64,000 nucleotides of DNA from a virus (Duplodnaviria; Caudoviricetes). Under the pieces are notes generated by a model, which saw only the letters and a program-made list of their open reading frames with translations, did not search any database and was not told where the DNA came from. Both the position numbers and the translations under genes were made by a program. The stretch's first letter is position 1. Every line of letters begins with the position of its first letter. The DNA lies in IMG/VR virus record IMGVR_UViG_3300021399_000108, positions 1 through 64,000 of that record; one strand, written 5' to 3'. Positions 24,525 through 36,350 of the stretch are shown in pieces.

Positions 24525-25010
24525 ATGTCTTATACAATACATACAGCAAAAGCCCACTGCATTGGTATTGATGTACGTTGAGCAGCAATATTACAAAATA
24601 TTCATGGATATGTTGCGGCAGAAAATATTTTTGAAGAATCTATTTTTATGCAACTTGCTGATAGAGCAAGTATTGTAAATGCTTATCCTGATACACAAGC
24701 AAAATTCTTTAATATTTTAACAAGTTAGCCCATTAATATTATTGGAGGATATAGCTGGTATAATGGTGATGCCATACATGTGGAAAATTTCTCACAAGGA
24801 TATGTTATTTATACAACAAATGAATCTTATATGTCTAATATTTGTTGTTCTAATTTTAATTTTAGTCAACCAAATAACATCACTAAGCCTTATTTATTAA
24901 CAAATGCACAAAATATGCCAGGACTTATTGGATGTTTCCAATCTGGTATTGATATAATTAATTCAGAACATACTTCTATTGCAACTCAACGTATTCCTTC
25001 TAATTGGTAA
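24525..25010 (+). pseudogene. probable disrupted gene (one TGA at 24579, one TAG)
   Basis: RBS and ATG; frame stays open to TAA at 25010 apart from one TGA and one TAG. Confidence 0.45.
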
Positions 25011-25367
25011 TATTATTATATAATTAGGAAGATTTATCAAAATCAATCTTTCTAATTATTAACATATAATGAAAAAATTTTTAATAAATTGGGAGAAAAT
25101 ATCTTAACTCTTGCCTAGCCATATTACTTATTTAATGACGAGATAAAATAAAAAATTTCATGAAAAATTTAAAATCGCGCGCAAATTCTTAGATTTTATC
25201 TCTAATAATAGCTCATAGTCTATGAGAGAAATAACCGATAGACATTTTCTCTCATAACATCCATTTTTTATATACCTTACATACATTCTATATAGGTAAA
25301 TACTTGACATTTACCTAAATCTATGTTATAATAAAATTAACAAAATAAATAAGAGGGATAGATATAA

Positions 25368-25541
25368 ATGATCAAATACAAAGAATTAGCACCTATTGAA
25401 TAGCCACAACAAGAAGAAGAAAAATGTGGATTTTGTTACGATAACAAGCATCACGCTAATATTGATCTCTATTTTTTCGATCGTGCAAACAACATGCGCG
25501 TTTGCAAATATTGCCCTAATTGCGGTCGGTTCTTAGAATAA
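25368..25541 (+). CDS. small Zn-ribbon protein, one in-frame TAG
   Basis: CGFC...CPNCG; own promoter at 25304. Confidence 0.6.
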
Positions 25542-25552
25542 AGGAGGAGAAA

Positions 25553-25960
25553 ATGCAATATCCTAATTTTTTTAATACTAATAACAATAATAACAATAAT
25601 ATGATCCCTTCACAAATGATGGGTACGCAGTATCTTCCTCGTATGTAGGTAATAAAAGTTAATGGAGAAGCAGGAGCACGTAATTTACGTATGGCTCCTA
25701 ATAGTAGCGCACTTGTTTTAGATGAAACCGCGCCTATTGTTTGGTACGCACAAACAGATGGTACAGGATATTTAACAGTGACTCCTTTTGATATTCATCC
25801 TCATGAGAATCAACCACCTGTAAATTTAAATGATTTATTACAGCGAGTAAATAAATTAGAGGAGGAAATGGTAAATGTACAACAATCCAATTCTGGATCT
25901 GCAAAACAAGCAAAACGTAGGCAACCAGCCGTTGAATCCACAATGGATGCAACAAGTTAA
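25553..25960 (+). CDS. conserved phage protein (first gene of spore-protein-like cluster), one TAG
   Basis: PRM*VIKVNGEAGARNLRMAPNSSALVLDETAPIVW; AAGGAGG RBS. Confidence 0.8.
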
Positions 25961-26153
25961 AAACATGATGCACCAGATTCAAGCCGCGGCAAACCCTCAG
26001 CTCGCTTTAAATCAAATGCTTATGTCTAATCCACAATTATCACAAGCGTTTTCTTTGATACGGTCGATGGGTGGTAATCCTCAAACTACTTTTTATAATT
26101 ATGCCAAGCAATTAGGCATAAATCCAGAAGAAGTACTTAATAGTTTGAAATAA
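25875..26153 (+). CDS. Gln/Asn/Met-rich small protein
   Basis: ORF; NPQ-rich. Confidence 0.7.
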   Translation: MYNNPILDLQNKQNVGNQPLNPQWMQQVKNMMHQIQAAANPQLALNQMLMSNPQLSQAFSLIRSMGGNPQTTFYNYAKQLGINPEEVLNSLK

Positions 26154-26218
26154 AAAGCCTACGGAAGTAGGCTTTTTTATTATATAAAAATATATATTAT
26201 ATATGGAGGTAAACCGCA

Positions 26219-26863
26219 ATGAATGAAAATGGTGGATTATCTGCTTCTGATGTCGCTTTAATGAATCGTGATGGCGGTTTTGGTGAAGGTTGGGGCGGTA
26301 TGATTTGGTTATTTGCAATTTTAGCTCTTATGGGCGGTGGTGGCTTCGGTTGGGGCAATGGCGCTGGCAATACTAACGCTATTCAGGCTGATGTAAACCG
26401 TGGCTTTGATAACCAAAATCTACAAGCACAGACTCGTGATATTTTAGCCGCAGTTACATCAGGAACTGCTCAATCAGTGAGTGCAATTAATCAAAGCTAT
26501 CATGACATAACAAACTATGTAGGAGATAAGTATTTTGAATTACAACGCGATGTCGCTGCATTAGCAGTAGGACAAGCAAATGTATTAGCTAATCAAAATC
26601 AGTGTTGTTGTAACACTCAACAATTAATTCAGCAAATGAATTATGAAGCCGCTATGCGTGATGCCGCAACAAATGCCAATATTGTTGCTCAGAATCAGAA
26701 GATTATTGATTTAATCCAGGGCAATAAAATGGATGAGATGCAAAATCGTATTAATCAGCTAGAACTACAAAATCAACTCGCAGGTGTGGTTCGTTATCCA
26801 AATGGTTACACTTATAATGCTGGCCAGAGTCCTTTCTGCGCTTGCAACTGCAATAATATGTAA
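26219..26863 (+). CDS. conserved Gly-rich/coiled-coil protein of the same cluster
   Basis: GGGFGWG, CCCNTQ, RINQLELQNQLAGVVRYP. Confidence 0.85.
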   Translation: MNENGGLSASDVALMNRDGGFGEGWGGMIWLFAILALMGGGGFGWGNGAGNTNAIQADVNRGFDNQNLQAQTRDILAAVTSGTAQSVSAINQSYHDITNYVGDKYFELQRDVAALAVGQANVLANQNQCCCNTQQLIQQMNYEAAMRDAATNANIVAQNQKIIDLIQGNKMDEMQNRINQLELQNQLAGVVRYPNGYTYNAGQSPFCACNCNNM

Positions 26864-26958
26864 TATATATATAGAGCGTATTAAGTACGCCAGGATAATA
26901 TAGGGACGTGCTTATGCACGTCCCACTTTATTTTTTTGTTTGTGAGGTACAAGGTAAT

Positions 26959-27270
26959 ATGAAAATTATTGAAAAGCTATCTGATAAAATTTCTTGTGAA
27001 ATTTCTAATGCTGAATAGTATGCTAAATGTGCCCTTGAATATAAAGAAGAGAGGCCAGCATTAGCAGAAACTATGTATAAAATTGCTAATGGTAAACTGG
27101 AACATATGGGGCTATTACATACCCAAGTTGTTGCTATTATAAATGAATATAAACAAAGTAAGGGTTAGCCGTCAGAAGCAATGAAAACCTTATACTAGAT
27201 ACTACATCGTAAACATATAGAACATGCGGCTGCCGTGAAAGGTATGCTAGCTTTATATAAAGAAATGTGA
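26959..27270 (+). CDS. helical (ferritin-like) protein, 3 in-frame TAG
   Basis: MKIIEKLSDKISCEISNAE*YAKCALEYKE...KG*PS...LY*ILH; TGA stop. Confidence 0.8.
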
Positions 27271-27284
27271 AAGGAGTGATAAAT

Positions 27285-27695
27285 ATGTTACAAGCTTATA
27301 GTTCTAATTTAACTGTCGATGCAAATACTGCTTTTCCTTTTAATAATGTAACTATTGATAAAGGTTGCGGCGAAACCTTATCCGCGCCCGCTTCTATTCA
27401 ATTAAATCAACGTGGTGTATATTTAGTAGAAGTAGATGGCTACGGGACAGGTGCTGCTGATGGCGTAAACACTGTACAATTATATGTAAACGGTGTTGCT
27501 CAACCACAGGCTATTAGTTCTTTTACCGCCGCTACTACAACTACTAGTAATTTCAGCTTTAAAACTTATGTCCAAGTAACTTCTAATAATTGTCCTTGCA
27601 ATTGTATTTCTAGTCCTACTGTATTACAAATTCTTAATGGAGCGCAAGGTCTTACCACCGCACATATTAATGTTCTTGTAACTAAAATTCGTTAA
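27285..27695 (+). CDS. BclA C-terminal-like beta-sandwich protein
   Basis: FPFNNVTIDKG...IQLNQRGVYLVEV...VQLYVNGVAQP. Confidence 0.6.
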   Translation: MLQAYSSNLTVDANTAFPFNNVTIDKGCGETLSAPASIQLNQRGVYLVEVDGYGTGAADGVNTVQLYVNGVAQPQAISSFTAATTTTSNFSFKTYVQVTSNNCPCNCISSPTVLQILNGAQGLTTAHINVLVTKIR

Positions 27696-27717
27696 TATAT
27701 AAAAGGAGGCCATAGAG

Positions 27718-28287
27718 ATGACAATTGAAGAAATTTTTACTGAATTAGTAAGTCATATGAAGAAAGGATTATCATTACATGATGAATTAACTCATCTCTA
27801 TGGTTTCCTTAATTTAAAAGGCTATTAGAAACAACAAGAATATCAGTATTTATCATAGTCTAAATCATATATATAGTTAAAGCAATTTTACTTAAATTAT
27901 TATAGAAAAATGATTATAGAAAAGGAAATTTAGCTATATAATCTTATACCTCAAAATTGGTATAAATATAAAAAAGAAAATGTAGATATTAGTACTAAAA
28001 GAACTGCAATACGAGACTTATTTAATAAGTGGTTATAGTGGGAAGAAAATACACAATTATTATTAAATAATTGTTACAAATAGTTGTATGATTTAAAATA
28101 GTTTACAAGTTGTGATAAAATTTTATCACTTTTAAATGATGTTAATGAAGAATTAACTGAATCGCGCAATTAGTATATCAATTTAGAAAGTTCCGGCTAT
28201 GATATAGTTTTTATTCTTGAAAGTCAATAGTAGCTTTATAAAAATTATATACATAAAATTAAAAAATTATATAGAGGAGATGATTAA
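27718..28287 (+). CDS. ferritin-like helical protein, 10 in-frame TAG including a tandem TAG-TAG
   Basis: 190-codon frame open only if TAG is sense; KWL*WE, YK*LYDLK*F; AAGGAGG RBS. Confidence 0.8.
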
Positions 28288-28289
28288 AA

Positions 28290-29177
28290 TTGATTCGTCT
28301 AGTAGATAAAAAACTTATCATCCCTCGTGGTGATACTGGCAGCTTTTCACTTCCAGCATTAACTTCTTTTTAGGAAGGAGACGTAGCTATATTTTCAATT
28401 ATGGATGCTAGAACAAATACAAATGTTCTACAAAAAGAATGTACTTATGAAAATGGTAATTTGACAATTGAATTTACTCATAATGATACTATAAATAAAG
28501 TGCCAGGGAAATATTATTGGGATATTAAAATTTATAAAGATGCAGAATTCTTAGAAGGGAAGTTAATTAATGGCACAGAAATTGATTCCTATTATGCTGC
28601 ATATCGTTTACCAATTTGTGAAATTAGACAAACTGGTGATACTTATTTAGCCGATAGCGATTAGGAGCAAATAGATAATAATACAATTAATTTTGTCGGT
28701 ACGGCTTTGGCTTAGGTTAATGCACTAAATACTCAGTTAGAAAGTGCATTAGACAAAATCCCATAGTATTTGCCTCCTTATAGTATTATACAAACTGCAA
28801 ATAGTTCAATACCACAATTTGATTTATCTGGTTCCTATCAACGTCTAGTTTTCCAAGGAAAGTATCAATTAATTGATGCTAATGGAAATGTTATAGACAC
28901 ATTTTTAACGGGAACAAATGTTACGAATACAGGTATCGCAGTTAGTTATATGGGATCTGTATTAATGATACCGTCTTATACTAAACCCGCTTTCGCTAAT
29001 GATGATTTTTCCTCTATTTATTACATTGTATGGGATACTACCAAATCATCATCTGAAAAAGTAAGTATTATTACACCAGATAAGAAAACGGATACAAAAT
29101 ATTTAATCGGTGTTTGGGATGCCAATACTAAAAAAGGTTGGATTAACGGTAATTATGTTAATACTATTGAAGGGTGA
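28290..29177 (+). CDS. baseplate-upper-protein-like (BppU-like N-terminus) structural protein, 4 TAG
   Basis: LIIPRGDTGSF...GKYYWDIKIY; joins track ORFs 28401 and 28770 in one frame. Confidence 0.7.
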
Positions 29178-29183
29178 TGTAAT

Positions 29184-29669
29184 ATGAAGACATGGAATAG
29201 AGAACGATTTAAAACACGTGACCGTTTACTAGAATATGATACTTCTATTATGCCCTTAACTCCTACCGCAGGCGCATCTATGCCAATGATTTATCCTTGG
29301 GAAAATGCTTCATTAGCAATATTATCACATCAAATTTTTAAATTAGCACAAGCAAGTGGATATACTGGGCCAGAAGACTTATTATTTAAACGTTTTGATG
29401 CTGGTGCGATTCATCATTATTCCAGCCTAGCAGATTTTCCTGTACCCGGTGTTGAGGGCGACCTATATTTCGATACTACTTCACAAATTGTATATTATTA
29501 TATTAGTACAACTAATGAAATAGATGCAGCAAAAATTGCATTGGTAGGTGGCGCAATTGTTGGTTATTCTGTTGTAAGTAATGAAACTTATTTATATTTA
29601 CCAATCCGTGCACTTCCGTTAGAAGATATTATATTTAATAGCGGCGATGCCGCAGAATACATTGACTGA
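29184..29669 (+). CDS. tail-associated hypothetical protein
   Basis: LADFPVPGVEGDLYFD motif. Confidence 0.65.
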   Translation: MKTWNRERFKTRDRLLEYDTSIMPLTPTAGASMPMIYPWENASLAILSHQIFKLAQASGYTGPEDLLFKRFDAGAIHHYSSLADFPVPGVEGDLYFDTTSQIVYYYISTTNEIDAAKIALVGGAIVGYSVVSNETYLYLPIRALPLEDIIFNSGDAAEYID

Positions 29670-29692
29670 AATGATGTCAAGGTGGTGTTTTA

Positions 29693-30226
29693 ATGGCAAG
29701 TAATACTGTTAAAGCAAGAATTCAGTTGAAAAGTGATACTGAGGAAAATTGGAATAAAGCAGGTCCAAAACAGGGATCTTCTGGTTTTATTCCATTACGT
29801 GGTGAGGTCATCATTTATTTAACTGATGATACTCACCCTTTTTCTCGTTTAAAGGTTGGAGATGGAACTACGCCAGTAACAGATTTACCATTTGTTGCAG
29901 GTAACAGCACCAATTCTAACATTGAATACGGTACAACGAATTCTTGGAATGAGAAAAGAGATTATGTGCCAAAAGAAGGCACAATAATTATTTACTCTGA
30001 TAAATCAACAATATAGAAAGATAATCAACAGTATTATCAACCATCTTTTAAAATAGGAGATGGAAGCACCTATCTTGTTGATTTACCATTTTTTGATGAT
30101 TATATAGCAAATCATATTAATAATTCAACAATACATATCTCAGAAGCAGAACGAACCTTTTGGAATAATAAAATTAACTGCAATGAAATTGTTTCTGAGG
30201 AAACTTTAATTTTTAATAGAAATTAA
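29693..30226 (+). CDS. tail-fibre-associated protein (hyaluronidase/Mtd N-terminal-like repeats), one TAG
   Basis: Two copies of KxGDGxTxxxDLPF, one on each side of the TAG. Confidence 0.75.
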
Positions 30227-30239
30227 GGAGGTATGAAAT

Positions 30240-31151
30240 ATGCCTGATATTAGTAAAATTACATTACCTTCTGGCTCAACTTATAATATTAAAGACGCAT
30301 AGGCCAGAAGTCAAATAGCCGCATTAACCGGCGGCGATGCGGTAGTGTTTATAGGTGTATCTAGTGTAGAGTTAACCGATGGTGGTAATTAGACACCAAG
30401 AGTGGGCGGCGAAGATAAAGTCCCAGCGGCGGGACAATTATTCTTCTATGGTACACAAGAATTTATTTATGGGCCTGACAGTAAATGGCATGCTCTTGGT
30501 AGCTTAGAAACATTAGGCGCGTTAGCTTATAAAGATAACGCATCTGATATTTACACCCCAGCGGGTACAGTATCTCAACCCACTTTCAGCGGTGATACAC
30601 TATCTTCTACGGGTAAATTTACACCCGTAGGTAACGTGACTGTCACCACAGCTACTACGGAAAATAAAACGGCTACTGTTAGCAAAGCAGACAGTGGTAC
30701 TGCCACATACACACCCGAAGGTTCTGTTGCTGCTCCTACAATTAGCATAGCAACCGCAGGCACAACTGGAACTATTCATAATCCTACAAAAGTAACAGTC
30801 GCAAAAACTGTTGTTGCTGCCGCACCAGGTACTACTGCTCCAACGAATAACCTAACTTATTATTCTGTTACTGATGAGACATTAAGTTTATATCAACTTG
30901 GTTATACAACTGGTGACTCTATTACTACTAGTGATGTTACTGTAAAAACTGGTGATGCAGCTTATTCTGCTTCTGCACCTGAATTTACCGGTACTGGGGC
31001 ACGTTTAGTAACTGATAATATTCCTGTTCCAGCAACTTATACTGCGGGCTTTATTGGTACAGAAGGAAATATTAGCGTTAGTGGTACTCCTAGTGGCACT
31101 GTTTCTCAGCCGACCTTTACCGGCACTCAGGCAACAATTACGGTAGAGTAA
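30240..31151 (+). CDS. Thr/Gly-rich tail fibre-like protein, 2 TAG
   Basis: MPDISKITLPSGSTYNIKDA*AR...; TPxGTVSQPTF repeats. Confidence 0.8.
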
Positions 31152-31178
31152 TTTTATCACTATTAAAGAGGTGATAAA

Positions 31179-32798
31179 ATGAGTACGTATAATATTAATA
31201 AAATTAAATTACCAAATGGTGATATTTGTAATTTAAAAGATTCAAATACAATTGACCCTATAAAGATATCTAGCCAATCTAATACATCAAACATTACTCT
31301 TCCAAGCGCGGCAAAAAATTATCCAATTGATTCATTTTAGATTAATTTAACACCAACACAAGAAGGAGAAGGGACCCCTAGTGTAAATAATATTAGAAAT
31401 ATTACTGGATGTACACATATTTAGGTTGAACGAAATAATAAAAATTTATATGCTCAAGGTGATCAAACATTTAAAGCTATACAATTAATTACGTTATCTA
31501 ATCCTTTACCAAGTGGGACATATACACTCTCTGCAGTAATTACAACTACTAACACTAATTCTCAAGGATGCCTAATACGTTTATTAACATAGAATGAAGT
31601 TGATTGTGATACAACAACACACAATTATTTACCATCAAAAAATGGAGCAAGAGTAGCACAAACATGGCATTTATCTTAGCCAGCATACAAAATGTACTTA
31701 TATGCTGGAATAAGTTATCCTGATGCTGCGTCTCATACAGCAACATATTCTAACATTCAAATTGAATATGGAGAATGGGCAACAGAATATGAACCATATT
31801 CAACGATTACTATCCCTATTGACTTTGATCCAATTTATTATGGTAAAATTGATCTTGTTAATGGTTTAATAACGCAATACACTGCTATGGCGGTATATGA
31901 CGGCAGTGCTGACGAACCTTGGAAGACAAATGATAATGATTTATTTTAGATTAGTTATAATAGTATTTCACCTACTCCGAAAAAATCACAATTTCTTAAT
32001 TAGACTTATTTTTTAAGTAATTTAGGCGTACCAGGTTCGAGAACAGAAGGTGTAATTCCTACTAAAGTTATGATTACTTGGAGTGGAATATTATATGCAT
32101 ATTTAGGTGCAACAATAGGTATTAGTAGTATGGCAGAATGGCGTGCGTGGTTAGCACAGCATCCTTTACAAGTAGTATATCAATTATAGACTCCAATAGT
32201 GTCTAAAATACCTTCTAATATTATTAAAACAATCTATGGTACTAATTATTTTAATATAAATCATGGGACTATTTCTAATATTCATTATGCAGTAGATCTT
32301 ACAGCTACTTTATCATACGGTGGTTTTATTAGAAAAAATAATTATGCTACAACTACCACTGGCGGTATAGTAAAAGTTAATGGATATGGATTAAAAATGG
32401 ATAATGGCCAAATAAAAACTGATGCTGCTACGACTTCAGAAATAAAAACTATTAATAGTAGCTATAAACCTCTTGTTCCTCAGCATCAGCATGAGGCAAC
32501 CTTTTATGGTTTAGCTACTGCTGCAGGGGATATAACACAAAAAGCTTCTTCTAATACAGTAGGATATTATACTGATTCAGCAATTGCTGCCATTTTACAT
32601 ATGTTAGGTATTGATACTTTAATTGGTAATTATGAAGCTGATGCGATTGCAGATAAAGATTATGCTATAGGAGAACTTTTTATGTATAATGGTAAATTAT
32701 ACAAAGTAACTTAGGCTATCTCTTTAGGTGGAACAATTACGCCTGGAACAAATAGTATTCAAACAAATTTAATAAATAGTTTAATTAGTACCAATTAA
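31179..32798 (+). CDS. tail fibre / receptor-binding-like protein, multiple TAG
   Basis: 540-codon frame joining track ORFs 31692 and 32199; GTPSVNNIRNITG, QIEYGEWATEYEPY. Confidence 0.8.
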
Positions 32799-33009
32799 AA
32801 CTAATATAAATAAAGTTTAGTTTTATATTTATTATAATAATAATATTATAAATTTTATTTATATTAAATTATTTACAATATGAATATTATATTTTTATTA
32901 ATATAATTTATTTAATTAAATAATGAATAATAATAAATAATATTATTATATTAAATTCTATTAATATCAATAAATGGAAATCAATAAAATAAAATAATGA
33001 GGTGATAAT

Positions 33010-33207
33010 ATGGCAAATATTATGACAAAGCGTGGTCAACAAGACAACGTAGTAACTTATGAACATATCTGTGATGAAACCGCAGATTTACAAAATATTG
33101 ACCCTGAATATATCACATTAGGTAGCGTCGCACTTGTACTTGATGGTGCGGCCGGTCTTGAAGTTTATATGGCTAAAAGTGATAAAACTTGGGTGCAAAT
33201 TAAGTAA
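33010..33207 (+). CDS. small structural-module protein
   Basis: ORF with GAGGTG RBS. Confidence 0.7.
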   Translation: MANIMTKRGQQDNVVTYEHICDETADLQNIDPEYITLGSVALVLDGAAGLEVYMAKSDKTWVQIK

Positions 33208-33212
33208 GGAGG

Positions 33213-35129
33213 TTGCGTATGGATATTATTGATGTAATTTTAGGTAGCGCACTTACTCCTCAGGGCGAAATTGAATCTTTTGCCACACGGGCTGAAAAAG
33301 CAGTTGCTGACGCAAATACCGCTCTTAATAATATTGAATCTATTACTGACCAAACAAACGCCAACAATGCCGCAGCACAAGAAGCACTTTCAACAGTTAA
33401 TACCGCATTAACCGAGCTTGAAGATGCTACCATTGATCTGGTTAATGACGAAGTTAAAAAACTAGCAATTGAATTAACGACTGTAAGCAATCAAGACAAT
33501 AGTATTGGTCAACGTTTTACTGTCCATTATCCTGATAGTAGCACACAAGTTATAAATAATGTAGCTAAATATTATACTAATAGTGGCAATAATGTTGATG
33601 GCACAATGACACAACGAGCAATTACCGAAGCAATTAGAACTGCGGTTAATAGCATTGTCATACCTTCTACTAATCTTGGCGCGCAAAATGCAAATAAAAT
33701 TGTTATTGTTGGGCCCGATGGAACTATTATTCCAAGTGCTAATGTAACAGAAGAATCTATTATGAACGGCACCCACGGTGGCGGTAGTGGTGGTGGTGAT
33801 ACGCCTACTCCTACACCAGGTCCCGCAACCGGTGTTGTTGGTGTTAAAATTAATTATAATACTGCTATTATTATACCAACAGATGATGCAATTAATGCTA
33901 CCACTATGGACTTTAACAATTTTAAAATGTATGGTGGTCGTATTAAATGCTTAGTAGATGATACTGGCGCAATTGTTGCGTTTTATGGTGATAGTCAATA
34001 TACTGATACTCCTAGTAATGGTTATCAAGTTATGATTTATCAGCCTAAATTCTATTATAAGCGTACTCCTAGTTTGCTTACGACAAATCAATATGGGACA
34101 GCAATTAAAGAAGAAGTATTACAATTATCTGATACTTTAAAGACTGGTTATAAACTTCATCCACTGTTTATTGATGAAAATGGTGCAGAACTTGAATATG
34201 CTTTGTTATCTGCTTATGAAGGGTCTATTGAAGCCGAAGATAATAGTTATTTAGATGTTACTTTTACTGATTTTCTTGCAACCAAGCTTAGTTCTGTATC
34301 AGACGCTAAACCAATTAGTGGAGTAAATAATACTCTTAATGCTATTAATGCTGAAAAATTAGCTAGTAATCGTGGCTATGGCTGGCATATTACTACTAGT
34401 AAAGCCCTTAGCGCTCAACAAATGCTTATGCTAGTTGAATTTAATGCCTTAAATGTGCAAATAAGCTTTAATGATGGTATTAGTAGATTGGCCTCAGGTG
34501 ATAATAATTCAACAAAAGGTGCACAAACTGGTGCAACTAAAATTTTAGGTAATCAAACAGGGCAAGCTTCTTCAACTTCTTTCTATTACGATAACAATAC
34601 TTATACAGAAACAGAAACAGGAAAAGTATCAATAGCATATCGTGGTTACGAGAATCCGTGGGGCAATATGTGGGATTATATTGGTGATCTTGTAATTAAG
34701 AATAATTCTTCAACTAATCACACATTATATATGTGTAATAATTATAATTATTCAGAAAATATTACTAATAATTATACTGCATTACCATTTACTCCGCCAC
34801 CGACTACTGGTTGGATTTCAGCTTTTGCTTATGATACAGAATATGATTGGCTATTTTTACCTATTGAATGTAATTCTAACGCTAATTCCTTAACTCCTAT
34901 TGGTGATCACTTCTTTGGCGCGCGTACTAATACTGGTGTTAGTACTTGTATAAACGGTGGCCCTTGGTTTGGAGAAGATAATAATGGTATTTTCTATTAT
35001 ACTTTTGATCGGAAAACAACCGAATCTGGCGGGAAAAATGTAGGAGCGCGTTTACTTCATATCCCACAAGCAACTAGTTCTATTTATATTAATAATGTTG
35101 TTAAATGGAATACAAAAATGGGAGGTTGA
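33213..35129 (+). CDS. tail/receptor-binding protein (coiled-coil N-terminus, C-terminal YRGxENxWGN domain)
   Basis: QVMIYQPKFYYK, LHPLF, YRGYENPWGNMW, GARL. Confidence 0.75.
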   Translation: MRMDIIDVILGSALTPQGEIESFATRAEKAVADANTALNNIESITDQTNANNAAAQEALSTVNTALTELEDATIDLVNDEVKKLAIELTTVSNQDNSIGQRFTVHYPDSSTQVINNVAKYYTNSGNNVDGTMTQRAITEAIRTAVNSIVIPSTNLGAQNANKIVIVGPDGTIIPSANVTEESIMNGTHGGGSGGGDTPTPTPGPATGVVGVKINYNTAIIIPTDDAINATTMDFNNFKMYGGRIKCLVDDTGAIVAFYGDSQYTDTPSNGYQVMIYQPKFYYKRTPSLLTTNQYGTAIKEEVLQLSDTLKTGYKLHPLFIDENGAELEYALLSAYEGSIEAEDNSYLDVTFTDFLATKLSSVSDAKPISGVNNTLNAINAEKLASNRGYGWHITTSKALSAQQMLMLVEFNALNVQISFNDGISRLASGDNNSTKGAQTGATKILGNQTGQASSTSFYYDNNTYTETETGKVSIAYRGYENPWGNMWDYIGDLVIKNNSSTNHTLYMCNNYNYSENITNNYTALPFTPPPTTGWISAFAYDTEYDWLFLPIECNSNANSLTPIGDHFFGARTNTGVSTCINGGPWFGEDNNGIFYYTFDRKTTESGGKNVGARLLHIPQATSSIYINNVVKWNTKMGG

Positions 35130-35134
35130 TTATA

Positions 35135-35392
35135 ATGAAACAAATTACTAATATTCATAGTAATGGCATCCCAAACTCTGTTGAAATTTTTAGTGACCAA
35201 GTATTTGTTCCTAAAAATGTACATGAATTTAGTAAAATAACTGATGACGGCACAATTACTGGTTATGAATTCGATTGTGATGTATATACCAAAGACTAGT
35301 ATATAATTCTTATGGCACAACAGACTAATCGTATTGCAGAATTAGAAGACGAACTCGCCGCAGCAAAAATACTATTGGGGGTTGATGAATAA
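35135..35392 (+). CDS. small tail-associated protein, one TAG
   Basis: YTKD*YIILM...AAKILLGVDE; TAA overlaps the next ATG. Confidence 0.8.
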
Positions 35393-35799
35393 TGACTTTA
35401 ACAGAATTAGCCCGTAAATTAAGGCCACTAATTGAAAAAGCCGCCATCTCATTAGATGATGCTGATGCTCTTGAAGCAAAAGAATTATATCCACAATGGT
35501 CTGGTGATGGAGTAGGATATTTTGCAAATGATCGGGTAAGGTATGAGGGCATATTATATAAGGTTTTACAACCACATGTATCACAAGAAAGTTGGGCACC
35601 TACCGCGGCACCAAGCTTGTTCGCTAAGGTATTAATTCCAGATCCAGATGTTGTGCCTGAATGGGAGCAACCTGATAGCACCAATCCATATATGATTGGA
35701 GATAGGGTCATGTTTGATGGGCAAGTTTATGAATCTACAATTAATAATAATATTTGGTCGCCGGAGAGTTATCCAGCAGGATGGAAACTAATTTCTTAA
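35392..35799 (+). CDS. carbohydrate-binding (CBM5/12-like) domain protein
   Basis: Two W-x(n)-Y-x-x-x-D-R-V-x-[YF]-x-G repeats. Confidence 0.8.
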   Translation: MTLTELARKLRPLIEKAAISLDDADALEAKELYPQWSGDGVGYFANDRVRYEGILYKVLQPHVSQESWAPTAAPSLFAKVLIPDPDVVPEWEQPDSTNPYMIGDRVMFDGQVYESTINNNIWSPESYPAGWKLIS

Positions 35800-35915
35800 A
35801 GTTAAATATTTGACTTTTAATAAAAATCATGATATAATAATAATGTTGAAAGGGAGAAAAAGGATTCTCCCTTCCAACAAATATTTTATAATAACCATAA
35901 GGAGGGTTATGTATT

Positions 35916-36251
35916 ATGGCAGTAAAAATTTATAGCGACAAGACGAATCAGTTTTATGATTCCATTGAGGCCGCAAATAAGGCTGAGTTTGCTCTAAAAG
36001 AGAAGGAAAATCTTGAAAAGATTCGCAAAGAACGTGAAGCTCTCGCGGCACAAGAAAAGAAAGAAAAGGAAACCGCAGAACGTAAGGCTATGGCCGCAGA
36101 GGTCGAAACCGCGCGTCAAGCAATGATTAAGGCGCAAAAGTCTTATCGTGATAAACTTGAAGCATTCTGTAAGCGTTGGGGCGCTTATCATCTAACTCTT
36201 GATAAAGCCGAAGATTTTCCAACTCTCTTTGATTTCTTTAGTTGGCTATAA
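35916..36251 (+). CDS. hypothetical coiled-coil protein
   Basis: ORF with promoter and RBS. Confidence 0.75.
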   Translation: MAVKIYSDKTNQFYDSIEAANKAEFALKEKENLEKIRKEREALAAQEKKEKETAERKAMAAEVETARQAMIKAQKSYRDKLEAFCKRWGAYHLTLDKAEDFPTLFDFFSWL

Positions 36252-36278
36252 TATTACGGGTTGATTTTTCAACCCCAT

Positions 36279-36350
36279 GCTGGTGTAGCCTAGTGGTAGG
36301 GCACAACACTTTTAATGTTGGCACCGGAAGTTCGATTCTTCTCACCGGCA
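36279..36350 (+). tRNA. tRNA-Lys(UUU)
   Basis: Cloverleaf; anticodon loop CT-TTT-AA. Confidence 0.85.

Noticed and set aside
24579-24581. Genome-wide TGA reassignment
   Set aside because: Only one in-frame TGA; many genes end normally in TGA, and tRNA-Trp has a CCA anticodon.
32800-33000. Extremely AT-rich spacer as a distinct element
   Set aside because: No repeat unit or structure beyond low complexity could be supported.
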